Below, piece after piece: positions 42,910 through 51,834 of a stretch of 51,834 nt of DNA. A program made the translations under genes and the position numbers. The stretch spans positions 1 through 51,834 of IMG/VR virus record IMGVR_UViG_3300028581_000002; one strand, given 5' to 3'. The notes under the pieces were generated by a model, which saw only the letters and a program-made list of their open reading frames with translations, did not search any database and was not told where the DNA came from. Within the stretch, counting starts at the first letter, position 1, and each line of letters begins with the position of its first letter. This DNA comes from a virus. Taxonomy: Duplodnaviria > Caudoviricetes.

Positions 42910-43209
42910 TTAATTCACTCCTTTCTCTATTTTTTCCATATTATCATCAATATGTTTTCGTGCACGAGCAAAGCGCCCGTTTAATTCTATGTCATGCCTT
43001 ACTGCGTCTCTTTGTATGTAGTCAAGAACAGCATCTAAAGCAAAGTTTTGAGTTATTGTTTGTTCCTTGTGCCAAGCACAATCCTTTTTACTGTCTGAGT
43101 AAGCCTTACTTATTCTTCTTGCCGCGTAAATAATCGCAGCAGATAATAGAGGAGAACTTGACCCTTTCATTATGTCTTGTACTGTTGATATTATTGGTGC
43201 CATATCCAT
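42910..43209 (-). CDS. Holin-associated small protein
   Basis: One hydrophobic segment; next to the holin. Confidence 0.45.
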   Translation of the reverse strand: MDMAPIISTVQDIMKGSSSPLLSAAIIYAARRISKAYSDSKKDCAWHKEQTITQNFALDAVLDYIQRDAVRHDIELNGRFARARKHIDDNMEKIEKGVN

Positions 43210-43230
43210 TATGTCAACCTTCTCTCTATT

Positions 43231-43401
43231 TTAGTTGGTTGGCTCATCTAACGGAGCCTCTACTACAACTACTTCCGGTACTACTGTTATTTCAGCGAAC
43301 TGCTCAGGGGTAATCACCTGTAGGTCAACATATTTTTGCAACTGTTCAGGAGTTATGAAGCCCTTCTCGTAGCGATCCTTTATTTTTTCAAGCTTGCTCA
43401 T
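43231..43401 (-). CDS. XkdX-like protein (not in ORF track)
   Basis: EKIKDRYEKGFITPEQLQKYV...ITPEQFAEIT. Confidence 0.75.
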   Translation of the reverse strand: MSKLEKIKDRYEKGFITPEQLQKYVDLQVITPEQFAEITVVPEVVVVEAPLDEPTN

Positions 43402-43562
43402 ACGGCACCTCCTAACTCAATGATTTGTAATTCCAAGTCAGTCTGCATTTGACCTTGTTCGATTAGAGTCAGTTCTTGATCCGTTTGATTCTGTCCCTGC
43501 TCTATCAAAACAAGTTCTTGTGCGGTTAACTGCTGTTCAAGTCTTTGTTCCATTGTTAACAT
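43398..43562 (-). CDS. Small coiled-coil tail fibre chaperone-like protein
   Basis: QEL.LIEQGQ.QTD repeat; precedes XkdX. Confidence 0.55.
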   Translation of the reverse strand: MLTMEQRLEQQLTAQELVLIEQGQNQTDQELTLIEQGQMQTDLELQIIELGGAV

Positions 43563-43573
43563 ATTTTGGCCTC

Positions 43574-44971
43574 CTAAGCACAATATAGAGAAATCTTATC
43601 GACAGCTAAGGTTTGATATGTGGTCATGTTTGTAAACCATATATCTGTCGCTAACGTTGAGTCATCGATCGTAATAGGACCAAGCGTTGACGGTGTGCTG
43701 TTTATTATATTCTCAACTACATTGTACACCTTCTTATTAAACCCGGTTAGCGCAAATTTTGGAGTTGTACGTACTGATACACCACCACCGTTGCTGCCAC
43801 TACCCCAGATGACTTTAAATCTATCAGCCAGGATCTGAGTTGTACCGTAAACCTGATATGCAGTATACCCATTTGTTAATGTTAATTTCTGATCGCCCTT
43901 ATCATATACAACGACTGGTCTATTAGCGTTAAATACAACGGTTCTAGCGGCATAATTAGCCAATAGCATAGGTCTTAACGTCGCACTAAATAAGATAGTA
44001 TTCCATGCAGCATCACTTATAGGTCTTGTTAAATTGAATACGACTGAGGTCGCATATGGACTAGCCAGAATCAAAGCTAAGAATGTCGAATCCGTAGCCA
44101 TCAGATCTCTAAGTGTTATATCGTTGCATATATCCAATAACGTGTTCTTAGTTAACAACGTTGTATACGGATTAGCCATTTTATCTTTACCTTTAAACCA
44201 TGCGTACATAGCTAACTGTTTACCTATATTTACAACTTCAGTTTCATTTAATTTTCCAAATGCAGCATCCAAATTTGTCGAATTCACATTTGCACAAAAA
44301 GATAAATATGAATCGGTTCTAGTATTAGATATTATACCTGGAAGATCGTTATTAATATCATTTATCTGATTTTGAAGATTACCAGCTACATCCCCTGCAA
44401 GTTGGGCTTGAATATCCTCAAACCAAGCATTAAACTCGGCTTCCAATAAACTGGTTACTCCCTCGATGGTCATAGTTTCTAGAATCCCAGTAATAAATGG
44501 ACAGGTTGCCGTCCCTACAAGGTTTGTGATATTTGCCTGGATAATATTTGTTACACTAGCGCCAACCGCAATATAGCATAAAGGGTGTTGATGTACGGTA
44601 GCAGTTTCTACCATAACCGGATTAACTGGCACTGATGCCGGTATACCTTTAACAACTTTAATTGTGTTCAAACGTACTGCGTCTGTAGTATTAACCTCCA
44701 CTACTACAGCGTCAATTCTATTTAACACCATCTCTGACGCTGGTACCACTAGAGGTAATATCGAATCGTTGTCTGTCCATGTGAGGTTAAACCATGCTCT
44801 ACCCACTCCGACATTAACGTTCATTCCGGCATTAGCAGTAACCACAAGCGAAGTACCAATAGAGGCAAACACGCCATCGTTAATGATACCCTCAAATAAT
44901 GTAGAGAACTGGTCAGCATTATATTTTCTATCACCATTTACTGAATTATAAAATCCAGATGTTACAGCCAT
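43574..44971 (-). CDS. Upper baseplate/receptor-binding protein
   Basis: MAVTSGFYNS..GDRKY, NRIDAVV, coiled coil, divergent C-terminus. Confidence 0.7.
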   Translation of the reverse strand: MAVTSGFYNSVNGDRKYNADQFSTLFEGIINDGVFASIGTSLVVTANAGMNVNVGVGRAWFNLTWTDNDSILPLVVPASEMVLNRIDAVVVEVNTTDAVRLNTIKVVKGIPASVPVNPVMVETATVHQHPLCYIAVGASVTNIIQANITNLVGTATCPFITGILETMTIEGVTSLLEAEFNAWFEDIQAQLAGDVAGNLQNQINDINNDLPGIISNTRTDSYLSFCANVNSTNLDAAFGKLNETEVVNIGKQLAMYAWFKGKDKMANPYTTLLTKNTLLDICNDITLRDLMATDSTFLALILASPYATSVVFNLTRPISDAAWNTILFSATLRPMLLANYAARTVVFNANRPVVVYDKGDQKLTLTNGYTAYQVYGTTQILADRFKVIWGSGSNGGGVSVRTTPKFALTGFNKKVYNVVENIINSTPSTLGPITIDDSTLATDIWFTNMTTYQTLAVDKISLYCA

Positions 44972-44984
44972 ATAAAGGCCTCCT

Positions 44985-46052
44985 TTAAACTTTTATAAAT
45001 GTCGGATATACATCTATACCTGACAAACTTTGAGAATGAATCAGCTCAACTACTCTTGCTTTTGCCTCATGACCGTACTCATTAGCTATTTGAATAATAT
45101 CACCCATGAAGAAGTCCTCACCGTACGTATACATACTAGTGGTCTCTACCTGTCCATCAAAGGACTTGGTGGCCATGCTCTCAGCAAGTGACTCATATCC
45201 TTTTTGAACGAGTTGTGTCGTATATACTGGTAGAGTAAGGGTTGCCCCGTCTACAGACGAAGAAACATCCTTGGCATCCGTAAACTTTTCCCTCCTGGAT
45301 AATCCAGATCCTCCACCAGATGGTATCTCGGCTATGGCAGTTTTACGAGCTGATCCTTCACCTTCTCCTCCAATAAGCGTAATGGTTTTAAGTGCTTTTT
45401 TTGACTCCGTATAATTGCTATTGATAAGATTGCCAAATTTTGGAGAGAACACGGTGTATGGATTTGCTATTTGATCGTACGATCTATCGGCGCCCGCATA
45501 TAGTTTGAATTTGAGCTTATTATCAGCCGTAAGTATTATCTTGAAGCCAATATTATTAGTCTCGCATAGTTTCTGAATAGCCTCATATAAATCCTCTCCA
45601 CTATATTGAGCGTCTATAGTTAACGAAGTGATTAATGGGTCAGTAGAAGCCTCAAATATGAAGTTATCTATAGTCCTATCAACTATTGTAGGTGCAATGA
45701 TGTTCTCATTTAACAACTTTTGTATCCCATTTTGAAGACTTCCTGTAAGGGTTGTTTGCCCCCAGATAATCCTACGATCAAGAATAGATTCCATAGATCT
45801 ACCAGTAACAGTTAGGTAATTACCATTCTCAGCGTCTGTGTTTATCTTCAGCTCCTCAACAATCATAACATGCTCGGACCCTCTCAAATAAAGGAAGTAG
45901 TCCTCAGTTAATGCTACTAAAGCCTCTGGATTAACTTGTGTATAGATCTCAAAATCTCCATATTTAGAGTATCGATCAGTCCATATGAGGGACTCAAAAG
46001 TATCCAATACACCAATAGCTTTTAAGTTAGTATCTAATACTAATAAGTCCAT
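44985..46052 (-). CDS. Tail tip protein (ReqiPepy6 gp37-like)
   Basis: SLIWTDRY..GDFEI, GEGEG..R and YGEDFFMGDI motifs. Confidence 0.8.
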   Translation of the reverse strand: MDLLVLDTNLKAIGVLDTFESLIWTDRYSKYGDFEIYTQVNPEALVALTEDYFLYLRGSEHVMIVEELKINTDAENGNYLTVTGRSMESILDRRIIWGQTTLTGSLQNGIQKLLNENIIAPTIVDRTIDNFIFEASTDPLITSLTIDAQYSGEDLYEAIQKLCETNNIGFKIILTADNKLKFKLYAGADRSYDQIANPYTVFSPKFGNLINSNYTESKKALKTITLIGGEGEGSARKTAIAEIPSGGGSGLSRREKFTDAKDVSSSVDGATLTLPVYTTQLVQKGYESLAESMATKSFDGQVETTSMYTYGEDFFMGDIIQIANEYGHEAKARVVELIHSQSLSGIDVYPTFIKV

Positions 46053-46053
46053 A

Positions 46054-46959
46054 TTAAACCCCCTCATATATTGTTTGATTTTCAATCATAAAATGCAGAT
46101 TATTTACCCCAGTCTCAGCCGTATAAGTAAATACATTATCGCCTTTAACAAGATGAAACCAATCGACATTCTTATCGAGACAATTAAGAATATTAGTGTA
46201 GACGCCATGCCTAAGAAGCTTGATGTACTTGTCTCCTTGTACTGTTGAGATAATTATATCGTCGCCTGCAATAACGCCTGATCCGGTTAAAGTTAATAGT
46301 TTTGCTGTGTCTATCTTCATTAACTCGTACGTATCAGTGTTGTATATTGTGATGTTCGTTGCGTCGCCGAATGCATGCATAGTGATTACTACACCGATTT
46401 CGGAATCTCCAGAATAGTATATGTTCTGCATCGTAAGGTTAAGTATGTTACCGAATTCAAGAGTCTTATCGACTAAAGAATCATTTTCAAACTCAAACTC
46501 AAACGACGATTCAACTCCAGAGAATATGGTGGTTGTCTTACCAACCGAATAGAAATATGGATCTGGACATACGATTGAGATTTGTGTCGTTTGGAAGCTA
46601 CTGAATATATCTGGTTCGTTTGCCTCCACGTATCCATAAATCTCGCACGAACGCGTGTCCGTCTCGAATAATAATTTTATTTGCTTCTTAACAGGGAAGT
46701 ACTTGTATGATTGCTGACGTACTTCTTCTATTGTTGGCTTGAACAAGAATTTCAAAGACATCACAATGTTACGTGAGTTAGTCCTTGCCGAGTTATACGA
46801 TGCTCCGTCCGTAGTTGCCGAAGACGTTGTGTTGATGTTCGCTTTAACAGGACCGATACCGTCTATTTTTTGAACAGCAAACCCAGATTCCTCCGGGTTG
46901 GCCAATTCAAGGGTGATGGACTCACCTAAGTAATTTGTAACTGTTACGGATTTGATCAT
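46054..46959 (-). CDS. Distal tail protein (Dit)
   Basis: Follows tape measure; RNIV, CPDPYFY, L.KGDN and YEGV motifs. Confidence 0.8.
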   Translation of the reverse strand: MIKSVTVTNYLGESITLELANPEESGFAVQKIDGIGPVKANINTTSSATTDGASYNSARTNSRNIVMSLKFLFKPTIEEVRQQSYKYFPVKKQIKLLFETDTRSCEIYGYVEANEPDIFSSFQTTQISIVCPDPYFYSVGKTTTIFSGVESSFEFEFENDSLVDKTLEFGNILNLTMQNIYYSGDSEIGVVITMHAFGDATNITIYNTDTYELMKIDTAKLLTLTGSGVIAGDDIIISTVQGDKYIKLLRHGVYTNILNCLDKNVDWFHLVKGDNVFTYTAETGVNNLHFMIENQTIYEGV

Positions 46960-49900
46960 TAGGTTGTCCTCCCCGCTAATAGTCTTTGTGTTTGCCTATA
47001 AATATCTATCCGGTCTAAAGCCTTAGGAGAATTATTGTATTGTTGAAACACAATAGATTTTTCCGCAGCAGTAGAAGTACTTCCATTTTGACTTGTTTTG
47101 TCAGTGGTCGATTTTGTCTTGGCAATCGACTGTGCCTTATTGGTAGAGGTGGAAGCACTAATGGTTTTCGCCCTAGCAGACGCACTTGTTAGGTCGATAA
47201 TCGGACTAATGTTTGACCCTCCATTTGCAACTGATACTCTATTCATCTCCGAACTTAGATTGTTTAAACGATTCTGCAGTTCAGATTCTAAAGAGTCAAG
47301 AGCTGTTTTAATACTGTCCATAACTACGTCAAACGCATTTAAGAAGCCAGTCCCAAGTGACTCAGCATAGGATTTGCCATACTCGCCAAACGAACTAACA
47401 AGTCCAACAAATGTTTGATCTGCTTTCTGCTCATAGACGGTTGTGACCGTAGTCATTGCGTCCGTAACAGCGCCTTCCACATTTGTCTTCATGGTTTGTG
47501 CAATCGTAGAGTCTGGATTATAACCTGAATCTTTTCTTGCCGCTTCATCAATTTCCGCCTGACTAATGCCCATATCAAGTAACATTTTGTTGTTCTTAGT
47601 CAAATAATTGTAGTAATTAATCCTTGCGGTATTGAGTTTATCGGCATTTGCCTTATTTGCCTCCTGGTATTGACCAAGTAAAGCGCTCGTAGCCACTTGT
47701 TCTTGTAAGAATGTCTTATAAGCGTTAGTAACCTCGCTATTACATTTACCAAGAGTGTTTAATTTTGTATTATAATCATTAGCTGCAATGTTTTGCTTCT
47801 CTTGCTGAGCATTTAACTTCTTAGTAAGAAGAGCTAATTCTCTACTAGATTTCTCCAAATCAGAAGCAGTGCTTCCATTTTGAGCATTCCATAATTGATA
47901 CTCTAAATCGCTTGTTTCTTCCATATTCCTAATGAAATCCTCTTTTACTTTAGCAATTCTTTCTGATTCTTCCTTACGGGTATCGGTAAGTTTATTAGAC
48001 AATTGAGCCAATGCAGATTGCTCCGACACAAAATCTTTATATGCTTGTTTGGTATCATTATTGTCGCCACCAAATTTAGTACGCATTGTATTATACTTTG
48101 CGTCCGCAATTTCTACCTTCTTCTTTTGGCCTTCTATGTCCTTTGAGATCTTAGAAATGTTCTTATCGAACTTCTCAGATTCGGAAGCAGTATCTCTGTT
48201 CTGAGCATTCCATAGCTCATTCTCTACCGCAGTTGTGCTAGATGATAGGTCAATCTTATCCAGTGCGTCCTTAAAAGCACTCATAATGTTCTGGGCTTTC
48301 TTAGTAGCTGCCTCTTCGGCACTCATATCTTTCGTTATGCCTTCGGCTATACCCTGGACTATGTAATTACCTACTTCATCCCTCATTAAACGCGATGGAG
48401 ATTTGATCCTGAAGAAGCTTTTAATAGCGTTCAAGATGTTAGAGCCAACGTCCTGTGCAGACTTTGTTACATCGGCAACATTCATACCAAGGCCTTGTAT
48501 TAGACCAGTAATAATCTGTTTACCAATGGATAGGATGCCAGTAATTGGATTTGTTAATACGCTAACCGCTGCGTCAAGTAATGCACCTATAAGATTGTTC
48601 ATGGAAGTTATAGCTCGGTCCTTGTTATTTGTAACTGCCGCAGCCAAACCATCAATGAAACTAATAATTAGATCAACGCCCGCTTGAATGACATCTGGTA
48701 ATTTATTAGCAATACCTTTGAGTATATTAACAACTATTGATATAGCGGTCTCAACTACCTGTTGGATATTGTCAGAAATACCTTTAAGAAACCCTATAAG
48801 TATTTTCATACCAGCATCAACTAACTTAGGCACAAATTTTACTATGGCGTCTAATAGGGCGCCTAGTAATACCAATATTGTATTTACAATTGCTGGAATA
48901 GACGTTACTATTACCTGCATAAAAGCTAGTAGAACTGCTCCGATAGCATTAGCAATAGCAGGTGCTCCGTCCGTAATAACTTTAGCAAACGCAACTATAC
49001 CTTCCCCAATTTTTGCAAGTAGTACAGGAATAAGGTCAAGTAGTGCTTTAACTATAGCTATGATAGCTGCTCCACCAGCGACTCCTGATACTGCTATGGC
49101 CGCCAATCCAGCAGAAAGAGCTAATAAACCTGCTCCAGCGGCTAGACAACCTACGCCTATTATGGCTATAGCTGCAGCCAATGCTAGGATTACTGGTGTT
49201 AGTGGAGCTAATATCAATGCAGACACTCCGATAACCGCAAATGCCCCGGCTAACGCTAAGAGGCCTGTACCTATAGATGTTAATGACATTGCTCCTAACG
49301 CTATTAACACGGGCGTTAGCAACATTAATGCGGCAGAGACAATCAATAAAGCTGCTGCTCCAGGGAGAGCAGTTGTCATGAAAGCCATGGCTACAGCAAT
49401 GATGGTTAGAGAACCAGCTAGACCAATTAAACCTAACTTCATTTGCTCCCAATCCATGCCTCCAAGATTTTGCATTGCATTTGACAAAACAACAAGAGCT
49501 GTTGACACTATTAGTAAAGCCGCAGCAGAACCTATCATATTTGGTGGTAAGGCCCACATAGCTGCTACAATAATGAGTAACGCTCCACCCATTCCCTTTA
49601 ATCCTAATTTAAGTTTCTCCCAGTCCATATCCCCAAACGCACTTACAGCTTTCGCTAATATGATCATTGCGGAACTGAGTATGGTCATGCCTATTGCTGT
49701 GGATATAACATTTGCTGGGTTGCCTGTGAGTTGTATAAATAATACAAGTTCTGCTAGGACCATTCCTATAGCAAGAAGTCCTTGTTTTAGTTTCTCGGTA
49801 TCCATATTACCAAGGGTGCTTACAGCGATAGCCATTATATTTATAGCTGCCGCTAAGGCTATTATACCAAGACCCTTAGTGACTCCCATTTTGTCGGTAT

Positions 49901-51834
49901 TTGTAAGTTTCATGAACAAGACCAATTCTGCTAAAACAACACCTACCCCAATTAAACCCTTTTTAAGAACTTCGAAATCCAGTTTGCCTAATTCCTTAAC
50001 TGCGTTCGTAAGAATCACTATTGATGTGGCAAAGAGAATCAAGCCTACAGATCCTTTTACCATCTTAGCCGAGTTCTTTTCAAGTACCATCGATACCGCA
50101 ACTAATTCGGCCATTAATATGCCGATAGCTGTGAGTCCCTTGGCTATTTGATTCCAATCGAGCTCAGAAAGGTTTTTCATAGCGAACGAAAGGAGAAGTA
50201 CGGCCGTAGATAGACCTATCATTGCAAGTGATACTCTACCCATTGATTTGAATCCCTTATCGCCGGCAATCTTTTCAAATATGGCCATCGAACCAAATAG
50301 TTCAACGAACATTATAGTTATCGCAGCAAGAGATGAAGTCAATTTTACAGGATCTATGGTTGACAGTACAAGTAGGCTAAGTGCCAATATGCCAATAGCC
50401 CCGGCAATCTTTAGCAAGGTATTTGCTTTGAGATCGTTCTGAAATGCTGTAAGGCTACCCTTAACCCCATCTAAGAGAGCCCTTATCCCGCCAATCCAAC
50501 CTGGTCCATTTTTAGCTAGATTACTAAATGTAACCATCAACTTTTTAAGACCTAAAAGGAGAGCCGCAATTAATCCACCGTTAAGAACATCAAGCATAGA
50601 ATCAAATCCAAGATCATCTAAGGATTTACCTATGGCATTCTTTAATGAAGTGAAAGCTTTTCCTATCATTCCTGCAACGAACACCAACCCATCAAATAAA
50701 TGTAGGTCAACATTGCCAAGTCCGGAAAATGCTTGTCCTATGGCTGTTGCTGAATTTCTAACAACATCGGCAACAAATTTCATTGCGTTTGCTACCCCAT
50801 TAAATGCTAATCCAAAGAAATTAGTTTTCTTTACAACATCATCTAAATATGTAAGAAAGTTACCAATAGAAGACGTCACATCAAGAAGACCAGTGCCAAG
50901 AGGACTGAAATATGAGATAAGATTAATCACGCCAGAGACAAATCCTTTGATGACTTGTATCCCTATATCGACAACAGCAAAAACGCCCTTGAATGTGGAT
51001 TTTAGTTTAGCCGCTGTTTCGTCTCCTATTTTGAAGTTAGCGGTGAACTCTTTGATTCTCTCTGTTAGAGCGTATAATTGTTCACCAGTTGCAGGAGGGA
51101 AGATCTCAGAAAATGCTTCTTTTACTGGTTTAACAACGCTCATAAGACCTTCGAACGCATTCCTAAGAGCTTGTATTATATTTTCACGACCAGAACTAAT
51201 CAGCATCTTGTCCCTAAACTCGCTAAGAGATATTGTGCCTTCTTTAACACCCTTATCAAGCGCTTCCAATGCCGCAATCTGATCCTTAGTGTATCCAAGA
51301 TCTTTTAATTTATCGGCAGAGAGACCTCTTGTCTTACCAGCAAGGTCACTTAATGCTTTACCTAGATCATCCGAAGTAATTACACCACTTTTTAACACGT
51401 TCGTAAAAGCTTGTCTATCGTCTATCGTCTTTCCATCAGCTATAGCAAGGAGTTTCTGAGCCTCTATCATTTGATCTAGACTCTTACCATGTGCTTTAGT
51501 GATTTTATTGATAGATTCTTTATAGCCTTCCTCGTCGGGAATACCCTGGTTTAGAAGTTGATTCCATCCACTGGATAATCCAGACGATAGGACTGCATTA
51601 CGAGCCTTGGAAGATTGATTGATCATTCCACCAAAGATATCACTTATTTCTGTGAATAGTTCTTTTGCTTCGCCAAAGTCGCCAACTATAATTCTCCAAC
51701 TTTGAGCCCATCCAGATTGAAGTGCCTCTCTCAAAGTATCAAAGAGTTGGGTTAAAGTTTTGACTTTAGTGGCTGCATCGTTTGCCATCTGACCAAGCTT
51801 AATTATCTCATCGATTTGTTTCTTTGTGTACCCC
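46959..51834 (-). CDS. Tape measure protein, central and C-terminal part
   Basis: Long Ala/Leu/Gly-rich helical repeats; IKSPSRLM; NNSPKAL; continuous with 1..987. Confidence 0.92.
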   Translation of the reverse strand, partial: GYTKKQIDEIIKLGQMANDAATKVKTLTQLFDTLREALQSGWAQSWRIIVGDFGEAKELFTEISDIFGGMINQSSKARNAVLSSGLSSGWNQLLNQGIPDEEGYKESINKITKAHGKSLDQMIEAQKLLAIADGKTIDDRQAFTNVLKSGVITSDDLGKALSDLAGKTRGLSADKLKDLGYTKDQIAALEALDKGVKEGTISLSEFRDKMLISSGRENIIQALRNAFEGLMSVVKPVKEAFSEIFPPATGEQLYALTERIKEFTANFKIGDETAAKLKSTFKGVFAVVDIGIQVIKGFVSGVINLISYFSPLGTGLLDVTSSIGNFLTYLDDVVKKTNFFGLAFNGVANAMKFVADVVRNSATAIGQAFSGLGNVDLHLFDGLVFVAGMIGKAFTSLKNAIGKSLDDLGFDSMLDVLNGGLIAALLLGLKKLMVTFSNLAKNGPGWIGGIRALLDGVKGSLTAFQNDLKANTLLKIAGAIGILALSLLVLSTIDPVKLTSSLAAITIMFVELFGSMAIFEKIAGDKGFKSMGRVSLAMIGLSTAVLLLSFAMKNLSELDWNQIAKGLTAIGILMAELVAVSMVLEKNSAKMVKGSVGLILFATSIVILTNAVKELGKLDFEVLKKGLIGVGVVLAELVLFMKLTNTDKMGVTKGLGIIALAAAINIMAIAVSTLGNMDTEKLKQGLLAIGMVLAELVLFIQLTGNPANVISTAIGMTILSSAMIILAKAVSAFGDMDWEKLKLGLKGMGGALLIIVAAMWALPPNMIGSAAALLIVSTALVVLSNAMQNLGGMDWEQMKLGLIGLAGSLTIIAVAMAFMTTALPGAAALLIVSAALMLLTPVLIALGAMSLTSIGTGLLALAGAFAVIGVSALILAPLTPVILALAAAIAIIGVGCLAAGAGLLALSAGLAAIAVSGVAGGAAIIAIVKALLDLIPVLLAKIGEGIVAFAKVITDGAPAIANAIGAVLLAFMQVIVTSIPAIVNTILVLLGALLDAIVKFVPKLVDAGMKILIGFLKGISDNIQQVVETAISIVVNILKGIANKLPDVIQAGVDLIISFIDGLAAAVTNNKDRAITSMNNLIGALLDAAVSVLTNPITGILSIGKQIITGLIQGLGMNVADVTKSAQDVGSNILNAIKSFFRIKSPSRLMRDEVGNYIVQGIAEGITKDMSAEEAATKKAQNIMSAFKDALDKIDLSSSTTAVENELWNAQNRDTASESEKFDKNISKISKDIEGQKKKVEIADAKYNTMRTKFGGDNNDTKQAYKDFVSEQSALAQLSNKLTDTRKEESERIAKVKEDFIRNMEETSDLEYQLWNAQNGSTASDLEKSSRELALLTKKLNAQQEKQNIAANDYNTKLNTLGKCNSEVTNAYKTFLQEQVATSALLGQYQEANKANADKLNTARINYYNYLTKNNKMLLDMGISQAEIDEAARKDSGYNPDSTIAQTMKTNVEGAVTDAMTTVTTVYEQKADQTFVGLVSSFGEYGKSYAESLGTGFLNAFDVVMDSIKTALDSLESELQNRLNNLSSEMNRVSVANGGSNISPIIDLTSASARAKTISASTSTNKAQSIAKTKSTTDKTSQNGSTSTAAEKSIVFQQYNNSPKALDRIDIYRQTQRLLAGRTT
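51708..51834. repeat. Terminal direct repeat copy 2
   Basis: Identical to 1-127. Confidence 0.95.

Noticed and set aside
43574-44971. Diversity-generating retroelement target
   Set aside because: No reverse transcriptase and no template/variable repeat pair seen
48403-51282. Long plus-strand ORFs (487 aa, 216 aa and others)
   Set aside because: Antisense shadows of the tape-measure gene, without RBS; the same applies to the other plus-strand ORFs in the track
1-51834. Lysogeny module or alternative genetic code
   Set aside because: No integrase, repressor or partition gene recognised; genes are intact in the standard code and use all three stop codons

Overview
The window is a complete, circularly assembled tailed-phage (siphovirus-type) genome of 51,707 bp: bases 1-127 are identical to 51708-51834 and the tape-measure ORF reads in frame across the join. 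All convincing genes lie on the minus strand. No integrase or repressor is recognisable. Shine-Dalgarno style, an SLH-like lysin tail, XkdX and a SleB-like hydrolase suggest a Firmicutes (probably clostridial) host, by inference. The late block runs from about 16.3 kb down through the join to 42.6 kb: HNH, terminase, portal, protease-scaffold-capsid fusion, two tail-tube paralogs, amidase, tape measure, Dit, tail tip and holins. The early/replication block runs from 42.5 kb down to 16.4 kb: many small genes, NAD ligase, ThyX, a helicase-primase-PolB fusion, SSB, SF2 helicase and nucleases. The best candidate for an undescribed system is a self-contained expression circuit with four parts. (1) An 894-aa protein with the motifs of single-chain two-barrel (YonO/eukaryotic RdRP-like) RNA polymerases plus several HTHs. 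(2) Twelve exactly spaced copies of a non-canonical promoter, TCGC-R-N6-WCW-N5-TATAAT. (3) A tandem array of promoter-payload-terminator cassettes, with payloads that include at least four structured non-coding RNAs: a tRNA-like RNA with a rebuilt anticodon arm, a T-loop RNA, an RNA loosely resembling a Cas9 guide scaffold, and a long hairpin. (4) A late 33-bp hairpin whose loop is the exact complement of an 11-nt extended RBS shared by seven phage start sites. All calls come from reading motifs by eye; no searches or folding programs were run.
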